Positions 8,890 through 18,156 of a stretch of 32,000 nucleotides of DNA are shown piece after piece (the first letter of the stretch is position 1; every line of letters starts with the position of its first letter). Source of the stretch: Candidatus Thorarchaeota archaeon (GTDB lineage: Archaea > Asgardarchaeota > Thorarchaeia > Thorarchaeales > Thorarchaeaceae). The stretch spans positions 30,001 through 62,000 of the forward strand of contig PRDJ01000077.1 of assembly GCA_003345555.1 (NCBI GenBank). The letters are read 5' to 3'. Made by a program: the position numbers and the translations under genes. Under the pieces are notes generated by a model. It worked only from the letters and a program-made list of their open reading frames with translations, did no database searches and was not told where the DNA came from.

Positions 8890-10557
8890 ATGTCAAATAT
8901 CCCTCACGAAGAGGAATACTCAATTCACTGGATTCGACAAGTTGTCGACAGCGTGTTGGAGAGAGACGTTCCGAACTACCTCATATCTACCGGAAAGAGT
9001 CCAAGCGGCAGCATTCACATCGGATCACTCCGGGAGCTGATTATAGCGGACGTGATAAAGCGTCAGCTGCAGCAACTGGGAAAGAAAGCAAAGACGATGT
9101 TCATTGTCGACGACTATGACCCTGTTCGATCGTTTCCACCCGGCATATCTCTTCCTCTCAAGGAATGGGCTGGCATGCCCTATTCGGACGTGCCGGACGA
9201 GTTCGGCTGTCACGAGAGCTTTGGATCCCATTGGGCGAATGAGTTCATTGACACGTTTTCCGAGTTCGGTCTAGCCCCGGAAATCGTTTGGACTCACGAA
9301 CTCTATGAGAAGAAAGAGATGCAGGATGCGGTTCGTATATGTTTGGAGAATACTGAGGTTATTCGAGAAATCATGATCGAGTTCGTGGCTCACGATTTCG
9401 ACGAAGAGCAGAAGAAACAGTATATTGATTCGATGAAGACATGGTTTCCAGCGTCAGTCGTATGCCCAGAATGCGGCCACCTCCAAGCCGGCGTCAAGGG
9501 CGAGATAGTCCCGAACAGGATTACTCGGTATAATAGGGACACGGAAGAGGTCACGTTTGAATGTCAAGCCTGCGGTCATACGGACACCGTCTCCAGAAGC
9601 GATCTTCGATTGAAGCTCACATGGAGAATCGACTGGCCCGCCAAATGGTACATTTTCAAAGTCACTTGTGAACCCGCAGGAAAGGACCATGCTGTCAAGG
9701 GCGGCTCATATGATACAGGGCTTGAAGTCTCGAAACGCGTGTTTGGATGGTCTGGTCCGGTGAAGGTGCCGTACGAGTGGGTACAGATAGGTGGCCACGA
9801 CATGACAACTTCCAAGGGTGTTGTTTTCAGGCCCAAGACTTGGCTATCAGTCGCCCCTCCGCAGCTCTACAGGTTTCTCATGCTAAAGACAGACCTGCAG
9901 AGGACAATCAATGTACGGCCTGAACGAATCCCTGACATGTGTGACGAATACGAGAGGTTTGAGCGGCTCTACTATCGACTTGACGATGGAGCTGACACAA
10001 AGAGGGAGCTGATCGAACTGCTCTACCCATTGAGCGAGCCGAACGGAGCTAGAGCCACTTACATTCCGAAGCTTCCATTCAAATACGCCGTCCTGATGTC
10101 TCAGCTGCAAGATATCCTCGGACGCGAAACCGTGATCGAGCGTTGTGAGGATGCCATAAAGAAACAGCACAGTATCAAGAGAATACCCAAGGGTGCTCAA
10201 TCGCTAATGACTATTCGTCTAGAACAGGCAAGAAACTGGGTTGAGCAATTTGGCTCGGCGACAGACAGGATTCGAGTGACACCTGAGGTTCCTATTGAAG
10301 TGCGTACCTCGCTGACAGCATCAGACCGAAGCTTCTTGTCAGGGATGGTCCGGGTTTTAAGCCCTCTGTCAATCAGCGATGATGAGATTCAGGCTGCGGT
10401 CTTCCAGACAGCGAGAGACTCGGGTTTGTCCGAGAAACAGGCGTTCGTTGTCCTGTATCGAGTTCTTGTCTCTCAGAAGTATGGTCCTCGGCTTGGGTCC
10501 TTCATCAATATGCTTGGCAAGGACTGGGTAGTGCACCGTATTGAGAGCGTCCTTTGA
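8890..10557 (+). CDS. lysS: Lysine--tRNA ligase, class I
   Basis: TGKSPSGSIHIG (HIGH), WRIDWPAKW, EPAGKDH, MTTSKG (KMSKS equivalent), GPRLG at the C-terminus; likely start ATG 8890. Confidence 0.97.
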   Translation: MSNIPHEEEYSIHWIRQVVDSVLERDVPNYLISTGKSPSGSIHIGSLRELIIADVIKRQLQQLGKKAKTMFIVDDYDPVRSFPPGISLPLKEWAGMPYSDVPDEFGCHESFGSHWANEFIDTFSEFGLAPEIVWTHELYEKKEMQDAVRICLENTEVIREIMIEFVAHDFDEEQKKQYIDSMKTWFPASVVCPECGHLQAGVKGEIVPNRITRYNRDTEEVTFECQACGHTDTVSRSDLRLKLTWRIDWPAKWYIFKVTCEPAGKDHAVKGGSYDTGLEVSKRVFGWSGPVKVPYEWVQIGGHDMTTSKGVVFRPKTWLSVAPPQLYRFLMLKTDLQRTINVRPERIPDMCDEYERFERLYYRLDDGADTKRELIELLYPLSEPNGARATYIPKLPFKYAVLMSQLQDILGRETVIERCEDAIKKQHSIKRIPKGAQSLMTIRLEQARNWVEQFGSATDRIRVTPEVPIEVRTSLTASDRSFLSGMVRVLSPLSISDDEIQAAVFQTARDSGLSEKQAFVVLYRVLVSQKYGPRLGSFINMLGKDWVVHRIESVL

Positions 10558-10650
10558 GCAAAGGGTGCTTCCGGGATTCATGCCTCAACACGTTTATTAG
10601 TCCACCAACTCGGGCACCGGCTGGATTCTGGTTCTAGGTGTGTGTTGTTA

Positions 10651-11382
10651 ATGCTGGGCAGACTTCGAGAACATTATCAGAGGGCCATGATGCCTTTCGG
10701 CAAGGCACTTGCGAGAACGGGCGTCACTCCTAACCGCATAACTGCCCTGTCACTCCTTGTTGCTTTTTTCAGTGCGTATTATTTCTACATAGGCGAACTG
10801 CTTCTTGGTTTAGCGATAATGTTGCTTGCAGTGTTCATGGACATGCTTGATGGCGCGGTGGCAAGAGCCGCGAACATGGCGTCCAAGTTCGGGGCGACCT
10901 TCGATCACACGCTTGATCGATATGCCGAATTCCTGTTTATCATGGGACTGGTGATGGGCCCTACCGCTCATGTCTCTATTCCTTGGTGGCCGGTTGCTGT
11001 CGGAGATACATTCGTTCCTTGGTTCTGGGGAGTTCTTGCTCTTTTTGGCATGGTTATGGCAAGCTTCACACGAGCGAAGGCCGAGTCAGTAGGTGGAATG
11101 AAGAGCTGTGCGGTAGGGATAGCAGAACGCCAAGAGAAGCTGATTTTGATGATTGCTGGCATTCTGTTGCTTGCGATACCTCAGACGAACGTGTGGCTTG
11201 ATATTCTCGGCGCGGCGCCTGCTCCGGTCTCAGATCTCTTCTTTGCGTTAGGCATCACAAACATACTGGCGCTTTGCATGGTGATAGTTGCTGTATTGTC
11301 CCATGTGACCGTCGTGCAACGGCTTGCATATGCTCGCAAAATCATAGGTGCGTCCGAACGGGAAGCACAGGCAAGCACGTAA
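10651..11382 (+). CDS. CDP-alcohol phosphatidyltransferase, probably archaetidylinositol phosphate synthase
   Basis: DMLDGAVARAANMASKFGATFDHTLDR is the family signature; TPN and SFTRAKAE, ERQE-like motifs as in inositol-type enzymes. Confidence 0.88.
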   Translation: MLGRLREHYQRAMMPFGKALARTGVTPNRITALSLLVAFFSAYYFYIGELLLGLAIMLLAVFMDMLDGAVARAANMASKFGATFDHTLDRYAEFLFIMGLVMGPTAHVSIPWWPVAVGDTFVPWFWGVLALFGMVMASFTRAKAESVGGMKSCAVGIAERQEKLILMIAGILLLAIPQTNVWLDILGAAPAPVSDLFFALGITNILALCMVIVAVLSHVTVVQRLAYARKIIGASEREAQAST

Positions 11383-11400
11383 CAGCCAGATGGTCAAGAC

Positions 11401-11760
11401 TTACGTGCTAGTCTTGTCGAATACCGTTTCAATGGTCTCATCGAGGAAACCTTTCGCGGTCACCATGGCTTTCCGGCCCTTGTCAGTTATACCATAGTAC
11501 TTTCTAGGAGAACCGCTTTCTTCCATTTCTTGAATAAGGCCGTCCTTTACCAAGCGATAGATAATCGCGTACCCGCTGACTGTCGCTGGAGAAAACCTGA
11601 ACCTCTCTGTCACCAGTTCCTTAATCTCATACCCGTAGTGTGGCCGTTCTTGCAGCAAACGGAGAATGTAGATCCATAGCATCTCCTTAGTGAGTTTGTT
11701 TACGAGTCTAGTGACTGCCTTAGGTTGAGCCGATGGCTCGGGGTCCGATACTCGCGGCAT
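11401..11760 (-). CDS. PadR-family transcriptional regulator
   Basis: ILRLL-x4-HYGYEI and RKYYGITDKG; TAATG stop/start overlap with trmY. Confidence 0.9.
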   Translation of the reverse strand: MPRVSDPEPSAQPKAVTRLVNKLTKEMLWIYILRLLQERPHYGYEIKELVTERFRFSPATVSGYAIIYRLVKDGLIQEMEESGSPRKYYGITDKGRKAMVTAKGFLDETIETVFDKTST

Positions 11761-12365
11761 TAATCATTCATCCTCTCGTATTCTGATATGACGGCTGCCA
11801 CGCAATGGCTGCCCAAGTAACTGGTCTTTCCGAATGAAACATGAGGTATCCCGTACTGGTCAGCTATTTGAAGCGTCTTCGTGTCAAAGCCTTGATGGTC
11901 TCCGAGAATAAAACTGTTCTCAGCATTCCTGCACAGGTCTGAGACCTCCGAGAAGGGTTTGCCGTCAGCTTCCAAAAGCCAGACTGAGGAATCGGCGGTG
12001 GCCCTGCTGACCTTGATGGCCTGCTCTAGGCCGGATTGTCTGACCTTCACGAAGCCAGGCGGCCTACCTGCAAGAGAATCCTTGATTACTTGGGCCCATC
12101 TCACCTCACCTAGAGGCAACAATGGGCCGGGTTCGCTGAAAGTGAGTGTGACCGAATCTTGGAGAATCGCACTTAGCTCTAGATGAGGTCTTGGCCATGA
12201 ATCCGGTGCCCAATCGAAACAAGCACTGAGGTCGCGGCACAGAATATCTATCCTCTTTCCTGAACTTGGCAAGTCTTTCATGAGGAAATCATCTTTCGTT
12301 GGAGCGTGAGGCAGAATCTGAATGAACTTCAACAGCTGAGATGGCTTTGTCATTCGGCCTACCAA
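11760..12365 (-). CDS. trmY: tRNA (pseudouridine54-N1)-methyltransferase
   Basis: GKRIDILCR, FILGDHQG, VSFGKTSYLGSHC SPOUT motifs; start could be ATG 12353. Confidence 0.88.
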   Translation of the reverse strand: MVGRMTKPSQLLKFIQILPHAPTKDDFLMKDLPSSGKRIDILCRDLSACFDWAPDSWPRPHLELSAILQDSVTLTFSEPGPLLPLGEVRWAQVIKDSLAGRPPGFVKVRQSGLEQAIKVSRATADSSVWLLEADGKPFSEVSDLCRNAENSFILGDHQGFDTKTLQIADQYGIPHVSFGKTSYLGSHCVAAVISEYERMND

Positions 12366-12432
12366 CTATCATGTTGAGCTTGACATTTCCGAAATGGCGG
12401 GTGTCCCGGAAGCTAACATCTCGATGACAATC

Positions 12433-12717
12433 TTAACGCTTGGACTCGTCTTTCCTGTCTACATGCTGCCTGATCTGGAGTTTGCCCGAGTGAATTGCAC
12501 AACTGATGCAGTAGTAGCTCGTCAGACGTCTCGTTTCTATGTAGCTGCCCTGCTGTCTAAGCTCTCGTGCTAGCTGTGGGTCCACAGAGGAGACACGCTT
12601 GGTGAACTTCTTGGCCTTATCGGCTGGCACAAGGCGTCCGCACCTAGAACACTGTACATTGTGTGACGCACCGTGACCGCCCTGATGTCGACCACCAGAC
12701 TTTCTTTTCTTTGCCAA
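12433..12717 (-). CDS. rps26e: 30S ribosomal protein S26e (eS26)
   Basis: KKRKSGGR, VQCSRCGRLVP-x-DKAKK, YYCISCAIH. Confidence 0.95.
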   Translation of the reverse strand: MAKKRKSGGRHQGGHGASHNVQCSRCGRLVPADKAKKFTKRVSSVDPQLARELRQQGSYIETRRLTSYYCISCAIHSGKLQIRQHVDRKDESKR

Positions 12718-12831
12718 AGTCTTGCCCCACCAACAAGTGGATTCTGGCCCCGCCTCCTCGAGGGTCCTTAAAACCTTGTGCCTACTGCACTGATGCTACT
12801 GGACATAGGAGTCCGACGTCGTCGCACTCCA

Positions 12832-13905
12832 CTAGGAATATGCATCTAAGGTCTCCAATACCTGCTCTATGATGCTCTCATTCGTTTCAATGACAGATTC
12901 ATTTGTCTCTCTCTCGATTTGGTCATCTAGCTTGGGCAAAGGATGTTTCGCCATGCCCGCTAGGCTCGCTTCTATGCAAGGACCAATCATCATCGGATTG
13001 TATCCTCCCTCAAGTACCCAGAATGACCCTGCACAATTGAGTCTCTCGACAAGTTTCGTCACAGTACTCCCCAAGTACCAGTACACCTTTGAGGTCACGT
13101 CCATATTGCCAACGGGATCGGCATAGTGTGAGTCATATCCAGCTGACACAGCAAGAATCTGGGGGCTGAATCTCTCAATGGCGGGGACTACCACTCTGTC
13201 AATCGCTGAGATGTAGGATGAATCAGGCGTCATGTCCACCAAGGGGATGTTGATCTTGGTGCCTATTGCTTCCCCATGACCCACTTCCATGTAGTGACCC
13301 AAGCCGAAGCTTTCGTAATCGTATTCATGTATCGAGACGATCTGCACATTTGGATCCGAATAGAATATCTCAGCAGTACCGTTTCCGAAGTGGTCATCAA
13401 AGTCGAGTATGGTGACCTTTGCTACTCCGAGGTGTTTCGTTGCATGGCGAACCGCGATGGCTACGTTGTTGAAGAAGCACAGGCCTGACGGAGTTGATGT
13501 CGATGCATGGTGTCCGGGAGGTCTCATTAGTGAGAACGCATGGAGGGCCTTTCCTTTGGCCACAAGCTCCGCTGAGCGCATAGCACCGCCAACGGCTAAT
13601 AGTGCCGTCCTGAACAGCTCCGGGCTGGCGTAAGCGCTCTCGCCGAGTTGACCCGTTCCGATCTCTGTCATCAGCTTGATAGAGTCGACTAGGTACGGGC
13701 TATGGACAAGAAGCGCAGCTCTCTCTTTGGCACGCGGAGACCTGATGCAAAGCAGGGTCTCTAGGATTCCTCTGTTTCTTAGATACGATTCAGCCATCTG
13801 CGTTCTTAACGGGCTTTCGAATGATTCGATATTGGGTCTAGGAAAAGGGGCCAGATGAGTGTTTGAGTCCGGATGGGAAATGAAGGCTATGCTGTCTCCA
13901 CGCAT
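12832..13905 (-). CDS. Histone deacetylase-family (class II-like) amidohydrolase
   Basis: RPPGHHA, GLCFFNNVAIA, LDFDDHFGNGT, SAGYD, VLEGGY. Confidence 0.93.
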   Translation of the reverse strand: MRGDSIAFISHPDSNTHLAPFPRPNIESFESPLRTQMAESYLRNRGILETLLCIRSPRAKERAALLVHSPYLVDSIKLMTEIGTGQLGESAYASPELFRTALLAVGGAMRSAELVAKGKALHAFSLMRPPGHHASTSTPSGLCFFNNVAIAVRHATKHLGVAKVTILDFDDHFGNGTAEIFYSDPNVQIVSIHEYDYESFGLGHYMEVGHGEAIGTKINIPLVDMTPDSSYISAIDRVVVPAIERFSPQILAVSAGYDSHYADPVGNMDVTSKVYWYLGSTVTKLVERLNCAGSFWVLEGGYNPMMIGPCIEASLAGMAKHPLPKLDDQIERETNESVIETNESIIEQVLETLDAYS

Positions 13906-13911
13906 GGTTAT

Positions 13912-15453
13912 TCATTGACTTGGTTTGGCATTGGCCCGCTTAAACTCTTCTTCGTTCTCAAGAGAGAACTCCGTCTCCAGTGGCATGACGTACGTGGAGA
14001 GGATGTACAGAACCCTTCTTGAGACATCGGTGAGACTACTTGAGGGTTCAAGTCCGCGCACTCTGTGCTCTTCTATAATTGCCCGTGAAAGGTCAGACGC
14101 CGAGGTCCACTGTCTTTGTTCATCAACCCACAGGTGGCCATCTTTCTCGTATGCATCGGGATGCGCATTCCTGAATTCAACGCAGGGCCCATCTAGGCTC
14201 GTGGATGGTCCTCTCCTTGGATACATCGCAGGTATCTCGGGTCTTTCTACAAGGATGCCGAGCGAAAACCTGGTTCCCTCAAAATACACTTCCGTAAGCA
14301 CCTTTCCAAACCGTCTCTCACCGTTCTTCTCTCTCTCAAGTTCCGATTCGATTTTCGCAGCGATTCTGTAGAGCTTGTCTCTCAGAACCGTGTAGTGTAC
14401 ACTCTCATCAGACACGAACTCAAAAGCAAGAGCATGTGACGCTGCCCGCTCGGGCAGTGGCTCCACAGGGATCGGTCTTTCGATGAAGAACTCCATCAAA
14501 TCGCGTTTGCCGCCTTGGGCTTTCTCAATTAGCTCGTTGATACGTCGTGACAGCCACAAGCAAGAACGTCGCGTGAAACTGGAGGCAACGTTCCTTCGCA
14601 TGTCGGTCGGATCAATGATGAAAACATAATCGTCTTTGAACTGAGCTATTGCATGAAGCGTGTCAATGGATCTTTGCATTGGATCAAGGGGTGCTTCATT
14701 GAGGTCTCTGATGGCTGCAATCGCTGAATCCAGTCCGCCAGTCATGATGACGGCCAGCTCGAGGGAATAACCCGTGAAGCCCATCTTGCCAAGCGCCGCA
14801 ATATCCCCATAGGCATGGCTTGTTCTCACAAAGGATTTCAGAATCCTGACGTCCTCGCGCATTCTATCGTTCAAGTTTGCGACAATGTATCGCGTGTGAT
14901 GGACAGTTCTGTCGACAGCGGTTACGGGTCCAGTGTTGGCCAGCTCATTTGCGGGGATATCGAAGCACCCTATGATGTCAACATCGAGTCCCTTCATGAC
15001 AAGTGACAGGAACGGATGCTGTGAGTATGTCTTGCGCACATTAGTTGCACGAAGATCTTTCGCGGCTGGGGTGAACCAAGTCTCGACGAGCCGGTTCAAG
15101 AGGTCGTCCAAGGACTGATGTCTTTCTTTCGTTTGCAGTGCAAGTATGTCCGAATAGTCACCGGGCCTTAAACCAACGAACAGGTCAATGTCTGCTGCCC
15201 CACGCAGCTGGGTCTGTTTTCTTCCCGTAGAACCTTGAGGCTCAATAAAAGAATACTGTAGGCCCATAGCCTTGGCGCGCCGACCAAGCGCTTCGACCAG
15301 ACTACTGGTGACCTGGTTCTGTCTACCAATCTCCTCGCGAGTGGGCACTATTCGCGCAAGGATTTTCTGTCGTAGAACGGGACTCAGGAGCTCATCCAAG
15401 GCTCTAACCCAGTCAGCGAAAGGAGCGGTCGCGCTAAGAACCTTCGCCTCCAA
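13912..15453 (-). CDS. cca: Archaeal-type (class I) CCA-adding tRNA nucleotidyltransferase, divergent
   Basis: QGS-x3-K-x-T-x-L-x-G-x2-DIDLF, SQHPF, VDRTVHHTRY, VRILKSF, GFTGYSLEL, DPTD-x-RRNVASS. Confidence 0.85.
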   Translation of the reverse strand: MEAKVLSATAPFADWVRALDELLSPVLRQKILARIVPTREEIGRQNQVTSSLVEALGRRAKAMGLQYSFIEPQGSTGRKQTQLRGAADIDLFVGLRPGDYSDILALQTKERHQSLDDLLNRLVETWFTPAAKDLRATNVRKTYSQHPFLSLVMKGLDVDIIGCFDIPANELANTGPVTAVDRTVHHTRYIVANLNDRMREDVRILKSFVRTSHAYGDIAALGKMGFTGYSLELAVIMTGGLDSAIAAIRDLNEAPLDPMQRSIDTLHAIAQFKDDYVFIIDPTDMRRNVASSFTRRSCLWLSRRINELIEKAQGGKRDLMEFFIERPIPVEPLPERAASHALAFEFVSDESVHYTVLRDKLYRIAAKIESELEREKNGERRFGKVLTEVYFEGTRFSLGILVERPEIPAMYPRRGPSTSLDGPCVEFRNAHPDAYEKDGHLWVDEQRQWTSASDLSRAIIEEHRVRGLEPSSSLTDVSRRVLYILSTYVMPLETEFSLENEEEFKRANAKPSQ

Positions 15454-15503
15454 AGTCTACGACATACGTGTGACCGTACAAAGAGCATGCTCTCGAAGGT
15501 CCA

Positions 15504-15513
15504 CATCTTTAAA
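15504..15513. promoter_or_regulatory. Candidate bidirectional TATA box between divergent cca and NUDIX genes
   Basis: Self-complementary TCTTTAAAGA about 50-75 nt from both start codons; palindrome AGAGCATGCTCT at 15482-15493. Confidence 0.4.
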
Positions 15514-15578
15514 GAGAGCTCCTCAGCCTCTTCCAATCATTACTATACTCGAAGGAACCTCTCTGGGAGTGGCGTGAA

Positions 15579-16070
15579 GTGACTCAGATACTGCCCATAG
15601 CAATCACGATCCTTGAATGTGACAATCGATATCTCTTCATTAGGCGACAGAAAGAGCCGTACGCCGGTTTATGGGGTCTTGTTGGGGGCAAGGTGCATTC
15701 AGGGGAGCATATACGGGCCGCTGCTGTACGAGAGGTTATGGAGGAGACCGGCGCTCCGGAAGTGATGGACTACACTTTCAAAGGCACGATTTCGGAGCGT
15801 CTGGTCGGACCGACTGGTGAGCTGTTGTCGCATTTCCTTATTTTCGTGAGTCGAGCTAGGATTGACGAATATCAGCCCCACCATCGGGAAGGCGATCTTT
15901 CGCTGTTTGGGAAAGATGATATCGAATCAGAGCGTTATAGGTTTCTGCCTTCGGACCGCCGGATGTTCGAATGTTTTGAGGTCCAATGCTCATCGGCTGG
16001 AGTCTATGAGGTTGAGATGGTTCAAGAGAATGGGTATAGGCTGAGCTACTACAGGAAGTCTGAAACGTGA
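15579..16070 (+). CDS. NUDIX hydrolase
   Basis: Nudix box GGKVHSGEHIRAAAVREVMEETG. Confidence 0.92.
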   Translation: MTQILPIAITILECDNRYLFIRRQKEPYAGLWGLVGGKVHSGEHIRAAAVREVMEETGAPEVMDYTFKGTISERLVGPTGELLSHFLIFVSRARIDEYQPHHREGDLSLFGKDDIESERYRFLPSDRRMFECFEVQCSSAGVYEVEMVQENGYRLSYYRKSET

Positions 16071-17044
16071 TTGTCGGCGATATTGAGGTAGAGCCACTTG
16101 CAGCCGAGAGCATGGGACTGAGATCGATGTGCACGAAAGTGACGACCCCAGACTTGACCATAATCCTCGATCCATCAGCGGCATTGTCTGCAAGGTATGG
16201 TCTCGAGCCGCATCCTCAGGAGTACAGGCAACTTGAGCAATCGCTTCAGACCATCTTTGTTGCAGCGAGAAGTGCTGATGCCATTTCCATCAGTCATTAC
16301 CACTATGATCATGTCCGGCCAGGCTTCACCAACTACCGGTACAATTTCAGCTCACACGAGGAACTGCAACGCATGTTCGAGGGCAAGATGGTACTGGCAA
16401 AGGACAATCGCGAGAATATCAATGCGTCCCAAAGACGTCGGGGTTTCTATTTTGAACGAGACATAAGGGAGGTCACTAAAGATATCAGATGGGCTGACGG
16501 TCAAAGCTATACCTTTGGGACCACGACAGTCAACTACTCTCCTCCTTTGCCGCACGGACCGAATGCCTCAGAACTGGGTTTCGTTCTCGCAACTGCCGTT
16601 TCCTGCCAAGGCAAACGGTTGCTCTTCGTCCCGGATGTGCAAGGTCCCGTGGACCGCGACTCACTGTCTTATTGCCTGTCTTTGACACCAGATGTAGCTA
16701 TAGTAGGTGGGCCGCCCATATACTTGGGTCAATTCCGAGAATCGCATCGTCAGACCGCTCTCTACTCTCTTGTCAGATTGGCTTCCACGGTTCCGGTCTT
16801 GGCAATTGATCACCATCTGATACGATCCCCCGACTGGGAGACGTGGATTGCCCCTGTGAAAGAGGCAGCAGCACAAGCTGGCAACCGGGTGATGACAATG
16901 GCTGAGCTGGCGGGAACAGATACAAACTGCTTGGAAGCACATAGAAAGGAACTCTACTCAGATCTTCCGCCCAGCGAGCAGTTCGTGCATTGGACCGAAT
17001 CAGACGATGAGTATAAGGAGCAGAACCGTCCTCCTATCGACTAG
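16067..17044 (+). CDS. Metallo-beta-lactamase-fold hydrolase, UPF0282-like
   Basis: PLAAESMGLRSM, ISHYHYDH, LPHG, DVQGP, IDHHLIR; GTGA overlap with the NUDIX stop. Confidence 0.85.
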   Translation: MIVGDIEVEPLAAESMGLRSMCTKVTTPDLTIILDPSAALSARYGLEPHPQEYRQLEQSLQTIFVAARSADAISISHYHYDHVRPGFTNYRYNFSSHEELQRMFEGKMVLAKDNRENINASQRRRGFYFERDIREVTKDIRWADGQSYTFGTTTVNYSPPLPHGPNASELGFVLATAVSCQGKRLLFVPDVQGPVDRDSLSYCLSLTPDVAIVGGPPIYLGQFRESHRQTALYSLVRLASTVPVLAIDHHLIRSPDWETWIAPVKEAAAQAGNRVMTMAELAGTDTNCLEAHRKELYSDLPPSEQFVHWTESDDEYKEQNRPPID

Positions 17045-17155
17045 GGCGCGGGCATTTCCCATCTGGACGCTTGTTCCTGATTGTGGGCGAGCCGAGCAAT
17101 GTTCAAGAGTCTTTCACACTTCAAAAAGCCACTCTCATCACAGGTTTGAACGTAA

Positions 17156-17761
17156 TTGGTCGACAATATGACAAATGGTGAAAGCGTGACTGGCGACGAA
17201 GAACCTTTGGTTTCCGAAAGCGAGGGTGAGTCCACAAGGTCGATTCTTGAAAGGTACCAGAGATCGACCAAGGAGGCTGACCTGTCACTCTATAGTGGGG
17301 AGTACCAGCAGGCGATGGCCCACTACTATGATGCCAGTCAGTCAGCCGATGACATGTGTGAGCGATTCCTGGCACTATTAATCAAGACATCGGCAAGTGC
17401 TGCTCAGAAGACGCTGTTAGTGGAGGTCTTGAGCTGGCGTCTCCGTTATTACACTTCACAATATGACTATCACTTGGCTGTGGCCCAGACTCTCGCTGGT
17501 CTTCCTCGTGAGGAGTGGCTTGCGCGGCTTGAAACAATCCTCGTTCTCTCGCAGACTCTTGTTACGAAGCTCACACCCATCCTCAAGTCGACCAAAGACT
17601 TGGGCATCAGAAGCAGGATTGAGAGCGTATTGGGTGATTGGGTCTTGGGCATTCGGAATCTGGTCTCTAACTTGAGGAGTTGGGGAATGGCTAGCGCTCA
17701 GGCCTCAAGAGTTCTTGAATGGGCTCTCGACAACGACCTTGATTTTCACACTCGTGATTAG
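17156..17761 (+). CDS. Hypothetical all-helical protein
   Basis: 201-aa ORF with acidic N-terminus and amphipathic helices, fills the gap between genes; no family recognised. Confidence 0.65.
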   Translation: MVDNMTNGESVTGDEEPLVSESEGESTRSILERYQRSTKEADLSLYSGEYQQAMAHYYDASQSADDMCERFLALLIKTSASAAQKTLLVEVLSWRLRYYTSQYDYHLAVAQTLAGLPREEWLARLETILVLSQTLVTKLTPILKSTKDLGIRSRIESVLGDWVLGIRNLVSNLRSWGMASAQASRVLEWALDNDLDFHTRD

Positions 17762-17808
17762 TAGCTGAACGGCAACCTACGTCCTCTCGGAAGCGTGATG
17801 CATAGAGC

Positions 17809-18024
17809 TTACTCTTTTGCTTTGGCTTCAATGAATGCCGAAGCAATCTCAGTATCCGCGACTTGGTAATGACTGTCGACATAACAGACAACGTAATGGT
17901 CCTCATGTTTTATGATGACGGGGGTCGGGAATCGCTTGACATTCTTTAGGACCTTCTCCGGAACCTTCCAATAGACTGTCTCTTTGCAGATTGGGCATTG
18001 CAGCCACTTGAGCCCGTCAGTCAT
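17809..18024 (-). CDS. Small putative zinc-binding protein
   Basis: CPIC plus KHEDH; probable start ATG 18024 (MTDGL), 71 aa. Confidence 0.65.
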   Translation of the reverse strand: MTDGLKWLQCPICKETVYWKVPEKVLKNVKRFPTPVIIKHEDHYVVCYVDSHYQVADTEIASAFIEAKAKE

Positions 18025-18156
18025 TGATACCACCAGTAGTCCACAGAGCCGAGTCAACGGCATCAAACAACAATCGGACTAAAAACGTTTCCCGTCAATT
18101 AGTCCGGCCCAGCTAGGCGGTCTTCAACAATAGGTAAGCCTGACCCACGGGCAGCA

